Shown one piece after another: positions 25,952-30,349 of a stretch of DNA of 30,349 nt. The DNA comes from a virus (taxonomy: Duplodnaviria > Heunggongvirae > Uroviricota > Caudoviricetes). The notes below the pieces were generated by a model. That model ran no database searches, was not told the origin of the DNA, and saw only the letters and a list, made by a program, of their open reading frames with translations. The DNA is taken from IMG/VR virus record IMGVR_UViG_2778261692_000006. The stretch is one strand, 5' to 3'. Positions within the stretch are counted from its first letter, which is position 1; every line of letters begins with the position of its first letter. The position numbers and the translations under genes were made by a program.

Positions 25952-27172
25952 ATGAAATATTTTTTCAATACCCGGCTGGGGGAAACCCGCTATCAGCTGG
26001 CTGACGGCTCGTTGCTGTGCAAAGACGTGCCGATAGGACGAACAGGTAAGCAGCTCTATGGTGCTGATGACCTGCCAAAACTGAAACCCGATAAGTTCGG
26101 TGAAATAGTCGTCACGCGTTCTCCTGAGCAGGTATTCCATCCGGCCACGCTTGCCTCATTCGAAGGGATGAGCATCACGATTCTGCATCCTGAAGATGAA
26201 AACGGGAATGTGCGGCTGGTAAATCCCGAGAACTGGAAAGAGCTTGCTGTCGGGCACCTCCAGAATGTCCGGCGCGGGACGGGTGAGCTGTCTGATTTGA
26301 TGCTGGCTGACCTTATCGTCAAAGACGAAAGCGCCATTCAGCTTATCGAAGATGGCCTGCGCGAAGTGTCGTGCGGCTATGACGCGGAGTATGAGCAGAC
26401 CGAGCCAGGTAAAGCCGAGCAGGTCGATATTACCGGAAACCATGTGGCTCTTGTCCCTAAAGGCAGAGCCGGAAATCGTTGTGCAATTGGAGACAGAGAC
26501 ACAATGGCAAATCAAAAGAAAAGCTGGTGGACCCGCATGCGCACGGCCATCAAAACGGGTGACGCTGACACCATGAACGAACTGGTGGAGTCGGCTCCCG
26601 CATCGGTTACAGGAGATGAGGGGGATTTGCCGCAGGGCGTTAATCTCAACATCAACCTGTCCCCGCAGCAACCGCTACCGGACAAAGCACCAGAGATGGG
26701 CGGAGGTCCAACCGGCGACAGTGATGATGACCTCAAAACATTACTGAAAGCCCTGCTGGCTAAGCTGGAAGGAAATGCGACGGGCGATAACGACAATAAG
26801 CCTGACGATAATCCGACCGGTGACGGCGAGGACGATGAAGAGGAAACCACGATTACTGGTGACTCAGCCTGGCGTGCCGAAGTTATCGTTCCGGGTATCG
26901 ATCTGAGCCGTAAGATGAAACCGACCGCGTTCAAACGCGAGGTTCTGGCTTCTGCTGACAAAACGCTGGTTCGCCAGATAGTCGGCGATGCGGATATCCG
27001 CAAATTACCGAAACAATCGGTCGACATGGCGTTTAATGCCGTGTCTGAGATTGCCAAAGGGCGAAACACCCGCGCCACCACCGGCGATGCACAGCGCCTA
27101 AACATGGGCATGACCAGTATCGCTTCCCTGAACAAACAAAACGCTGAATTCTGGGCAAACCGTAAAGGGTAA
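25952..27172 (+). CDS. Head scaffold / prohead-processing protein candidate
   Basis: 406 aa with acidic low-complexity centre; located between the head-morphogenesis and capsid genes. Confidence 0.45.
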   Translation: MKYFFNTRLGETRYQLADGSLLCKDVPIGRTGKQLYGADDLPKLKPDKFGEIVVTRSPEQVFHPATLASFEGMSITILHPEDENGNVRLVNPENWKELAVGHLQNVRRGTGELSDLMLADLIVKDESAIQLIEDGLREVSCGYDAEYEQTEPGKAEQVDITGNHVALVPKGRAGNRCAIGDRDTMANQKKSWWTRMRTAIKTGDADTMNELVESAPASVTGDEGDLPQGVNLNINLSPQQPLPDKAPEMGGGPTGDSDDDLKTLLKALLAKLEGNATGDNDNKPDDNPTGDGEDDEEETTITGDSAWRAEVIVPGIDLSRKMKPTAFKREVLASADKTLVRQIVGDADIRKLPKQSVDMAFNAVSEIAKGRNTRATTGDAQRLNMGMTSIASLNKQNAEFWANRKG

Positions 27173-27175
27173 AAA

Positions 27176-27682
27176 ATGAATAATGTATTTCTGTACCGGA
27201 TGCCTGTTGGCATTGCCGGGGCTGTCTCTCGCCCGCAGGACTTAACCGTCGAACCGGTGGTCCTTAAATCCGATAACGCCTTCGCTGCCTATGGCCTGGC
27301 TGGTAAATACGATGATGACGGTTTTTTCGTGCCGCTGGCAGATGGTGATACCGCAGACAAGGTGAAGGGGATCTACGTGCGCCCTTATCCGACCACTTCG
27401 CAGCCGGACATGGTTCGCCAGGTGGGGACTGGCAAGAACTTCCCGGGCGACGCCATGAAGCGTGGCTACGTGACCGTTAATCTCGGTTCTGATTTTGATG
27501 CCAGCACCATCAAAAAAGGCGACCCGGTATACGTTGTCGTCTCCACTGATGAATCCATCAAAGTGCCGCTGGGTGGATTCATGTCCACGTCAGTCAGTGG
27601 CAAAAACGTGGTGCTGACCAACGCTGAATTCACAGGTGCCGGTGATGCTGACGGCAATGCAGAAATTTCCTGGAAGATTTAA
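27176..27682 (+). CDS. Head structural protein candidate
   Basis: 168-aa ORF immediately upstream of the major capsid gene. Confidence 0.4.
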   Translation: MNNVFLYRMPVGIAGAVSRPQDLTVEPVVLKSDNAFAAYGLAGKYDDDGFFVPLADGDTADKVKGIYVRPYPTTSQPDMVRQVGTGKNFPGDAMKRGYVTVNLGSDFDASTIKKGDPVYVVVSTDESIKVPLGGFMSTSVSGKNVVLTNAEFTGAGDADGNAEISWKI

Positions 27683-27693
27683 GGAACAGACGA

Positions 27694-28635
27694 ATGATTA
27701 CTTTTGATCAGGCAACCGTTGACAGCTCTGGTGCCTTTCTCATCGGGGAGCTGGAGCGACTCGACCAGACGCTGAACCTGCCACTGGTGGGGTACACCTG
27801 GACCCGCGATATTCAGTTGCGTGAAGATGTCTCTATCGCAGATGACATTTCCAGCTGGACGAATACCAGCTTCGCCGCTGCGGGTACTGGTGCAAATCCG
27901 AATGGCAAAAACTGGGTAGGCAAAGACTCAACCGCTATTGCTGGCGTGAACGTGGATATCGGCAAATCCGGTAACCCGCTGAACCTGTGGGGGATGGAAC
28001 TTGGCTGGACGGTCATAGAATTGCAGGCTGCTCAGCAGGTCGGCCGCCCGATTGATACGCAGAAGTATGACGGTATGCAACTGAAATGGCAGATGGATAA
28101 CGATGAACAGGTATATGTTGGCGATTCCGCATTAAACCTGAAAGGCCTTGTTACCCTGGACGGCGTGCCTGTCAACAACGCTGCTAAAACGTGGGCAACC
28201 TCAACACCGGACGAAATCCGCGCAAGCATTAACCAGGTGCTGTCTGATGCGTGGGCCGCTTCCGGTTACTCTGTGGTTCCGCGTGATTTGCTGATCCCGC
28301 CTGAGCAGTTTGCTCTGTTGTCCAGCATCATCGTTTCATCTGCTGGTAACCAGTCCCTGTTGACGTACCTTCAGACCAACACCATCAGCTATCACCAGAA
28401 CGGTGTTCCGCTGAATATCCGCGCGGTTAAATGGCTGAAAGGCCGTGGTGTGGGGGATAAGGATCGCATGGTTGCGTACACCAACGATAAAAAATACGTC
28501 CGCTACCCGCTGGTTCCGCTTCAGAGCGTGCCGGTGCAGTATCGCGGTCTGTATCAGATCGTCACTTACTACGGCAAGCTGGGTGCGGTTGAGCCAGTGT
28601 ACAAAGAAACCATTTCGTACGTTGATGGCATTTAA
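27694..28635 (+). CDS. Major capsid protein candidate
   Basis: 313-aa ORF with a strong context in the head module after the scaffold-like genes. Confidence 0.65.
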   Translation: MITFDQATVDSSGAFLIGELERLDQTLNLPLVGYTWTRDIQLREDVSIADDISSWTNTSFAAAGTGANPNGKNWVGKDSTAIAGVNVDIGKSGNPLNLWGMELGWTVIELQAAQQVGRPIDTQKYDGMQLKWQMDNDEQVYVGDSALNLKGLVTLDGVPVNNAAKTWATSTPDEIRASINQVLSDAWAASGYSVVPRDLLIPPEQFALLSSIIVSSAGNQSLLTYLQTNTISYHQNGVPLNIRAVKWLKGRGVGDKDRMVAYTNDKKYVRYPLVPLQSVPVQYRGLYQIVTYYGKLGAVEPVYKETISYVDGI

Positions 28636-28676
28636 CAGCCACATGGCCCCCTGGCGGGGCCATTAAGGATGACCCG

Positions 28677-28898
28677 ATGGCAAAAAATAATGCAGTAATA
28701 CACGTACATACCCCGTTTGTGCTCACGCTTCCCGACGGTTCACGGCGCGAGTTTGTTAAAGGCCGTCATGCTGTGGAGGAAGACGTTGCCACGCACTGGT
28801 TCACTCGTGCGCACGCGGAAGTATCCGTTGGCAAAGCCACAGACGCGCGTAACGAGGTAAAAAATGCCAAAGAATCAAAGTCTGCCAGCGGTAAGTGA
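28677..28898 (+). CDS. Small head-associated hypothetical protein
   Basis: 73-aa ORF after the capsid gene; 3' end overlaps the next gene by 35 nt. Confidence 0.4.
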   Translation: MAKNNAVIHVHTPFVLTLPDGSRREFVKGRHAVEEDVATHWFTRAHAEVSVGKATDARNEVKNAKESKSASGK

Positions 28899-29271
28899 TT
28901 TTCGCCGCGACTTCCCGCAGTTTGCTGACCCTGCCAAATATCCCGAAGCGCAAATCCAGTTTCGTCTGAATCTGGCCGATGAACTGCTGAGCGAAAACGT
29001 CACCGGCAAAAAGTTGTTTCCGTACTTTGCCGGGTTGTTCGTTGCGCACTACATGACGCTCTGGGCGGCAGACAGTCGGGCGATGCTGGCTGGTGGTCCG
29101 GGCGGTTCAACCAATGGTGTTCAGTCCTCAAAGTCCGTGGATAAGGTAAGCGTCAGTTATGACACCAGCGCGACGCTGAATCCTGATGCAGGTTTCTGGA
29201 ATAACACCCGATATGGCGCTGAATTTTATCAGTTGATCACGATGTTCGGTGCAGGTGGTCGCCAGCTATGA
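28864..29271 (+). CDS. Head-tail connector / head completion protein candidate
   Basis: 135-aa ORF with GAGG Shine-Dalgarno; position after the capsid gene. Confidence 0.45.
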   Translation: MPKNQSLPAVSDFRRDFPQFADPAKYPEAQIQFRLNLADELLSENVTGKKLFPYFAGLFVAHYMTLWAADSRAMLAGGPGGSTNGVQSSKSVDKVSVSYDTSATLNPDAGFWNNTRYGAEFYQLITMFGAGGRQL

Positions 29272-29822
29272 GTTTCAAAAGCGGTGTAACAACGAGGGTG
29301 GATAACGCTAAGGCCATTCTGGATGCGCTCAGGTCGTTAACCAAAAAAGATGTGCTGGTCGGCATCCCTTCGGAAGACAGCGGGCGGGATGATGTTCCGT
29401 TTGGTAATGCGGGCATCGGTTACCTCAACGAATACGGCTCACCAGAGCAGAACATCCCGCCACGACCTCACCTGGTTCCCGGCGTTAAATCGGCAGAAGA
29501 GCAGACGGTGCCGCAGCTCAAAGTCGCGGCGCAGGCTGCACTTGATGGTAATGCTGCGGGAGCAGAAAGCGCACTCAACCGTGCCGGAACACTGGCGGCT
29601 AATGGCGTCAGGCGTTACATGACCATTACCGGCTTTACGCCGCTTGCTGACAGTACTGTTGAAGCCCGGGCTCGTCGGGGGCGCAAGGGGGCAACACTGG
29701 AACTTGCCCGGCGTGCTGCTGGCGAATCCCCGGGAACCGAACTGGCGAAACCATTAATTGACACCGGGCAATATCGCAGAGCGATTACCCATGTTGTGAG
29801 GGATAAAAATGCCGACTCTTGA
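29268..29822 (+). CDS. Head-tail adaptor candidate
   Basis: 184-aa ORF translationally coupled to its neighbours. Confidence 0.45.
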   Translation: MSFKSGVTTRVDNAKAILDALRSLTKKDVLVGIPSEDSGRDDVPFGNAGIGYLNEYGSPEQNIPPRPHLVPGVKSAEEQTVPQLKVAAQAALDGNAAGAESALNRAGTLAANGVRRYMTITGFTPLADSTVEARARRGRKGATLELARRAAGESPGTELAKPLIDTGQYRRAITHVVRDKNADS

Positions 29823-30198
29823 TGTAACAGATGTGCTTTTTGACCCCGATTTTTGCGACTTCAATTTGTGGGTAACACGCCGTGTGCAAACGGTGGATGA
29901 GGACGGGATCGGCAGCGACAGCGAAGTTAAAAAGCAGTTTGCCGGAGTCGTAACTGTTGATCGCTCTCTGGAAAACCGTCGTATGCAGGCCGGGCAGGTA
30001 ATCAGTGGTGCAATTCTGATTGTGACGACTGAGCGACTGACACAGGGACAGACTGGCCGTGATGCCGATATCGTGACGTATCAGGGCCGTGATTATCGTG
30101 TGACCTTCGTCGACCCGTATACAGCTTATGGTGCCGGATTCGTTCAGGCTCATTGTGAGTTGATGCCGTTTGATGGGGGAACTCCGGTTGAGCAATAA
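29809..30198 (+). CDS. Head closure / head-tail joining protein candidate
   Basis: 129-aa ORF overlapping the upstream gene by 14 nt. Confidence 0.45.
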   Translation: MPTLDVTDVLFDPDFCDFNLWVTRRVQTVDEDGIGSDSEVKKQFAGVVTVDRSLENRRMQAGQVISGAILIVTTERLTQGQTGRDADIVTYQGRDYRVTFVDPYTAYGAGFVQAHCELMPFDGGTPVEQ

Positions 30199-30349
30199 CA
30201 CCAGTACAGAGCGCGGATGGTTAATACCAACCAGTGGCGATCCGGATTATGACGAAGCGCTCGACAGGCTGTTAAGCCAGTGGATGCGTAACGTTTCCGG
30301 TCTGTCTGCCGGGATGGTTCGCCCGCGCTGGCAGAAAGAGCAGCCGCCA
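30188..30349 (+). CDS. Partial CDS, 5' portion of the next morphogenesis gene, truncated by the window end
   Basis: Open frame from a TTG at about 30188 to the window end (...DPDYDEALDRLLSQWMRN...). Confidence 0.3.
   Translation, partial: MSNNTSTERGWLIPTSGDPDYDEALDRLLSQWMRNVSGLSAGMVRPRWQKEQPP

Larger units (their letters stand above)
420..30349. mobile_element. Lambdoid (Rac-like) prophage, left end to head module; continues past the 3' end of the window
   Basis: Contiguous int-xis, recET, repressor/cro, replication, Q, lysis and head-gene modules; left boundary is approximate because the att core cannot be defined from one end. Confidence 0.9.

Noticed and set aside
1-30349. CRISPR array, IS element or transposase
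   Set aside because: No repeat-spacer periodicity, no terminal inverted repeats bracketing a transposase-like ORF, and no DDE or HUH transposase motifs were seen; the only recombinase is the prophage integrase.

Overview
The window is almost entirely a lambdoid, Rac-like prophage of an E. coli-type genome, entered at its left attachment end; only bases 1-342 look like host sequence. Gene order is: host secreted-protein gene and terminator; putative attL; a minus-strand early-left operon (int, xis, small protein, lar-like, recT-like, recE, racC, ydaE, kilR); an immunity region with a short XRE repressor divergent from a cro-like gene and a 140-aa YdaT-like gene; replication genes with iteron-like palindromes; a nin-like accessory block; a hok-family toxin locus; a Q-like antiterminator with tR'-like hairpins; a moron island; a lambda-like lysis cassette (S, R, Rz, Rz1); and head genes from terminase to connector proteins. 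Tail genes lie beyond the 3' end. Calls rest on the supplied ORF translations, recalled protein families, gene order and motifs read by eye; no searches were run. Coordinates I derived myself (hairpins, alternative starts, small ORFs) may be off by 1-2 nt. The best candidates for undescribed biology are the uncharacterised genes between Q and the holin, a convergent overlapping small-gene pair beside the repressor, and a 21-nt element repeated at three gene junctions.
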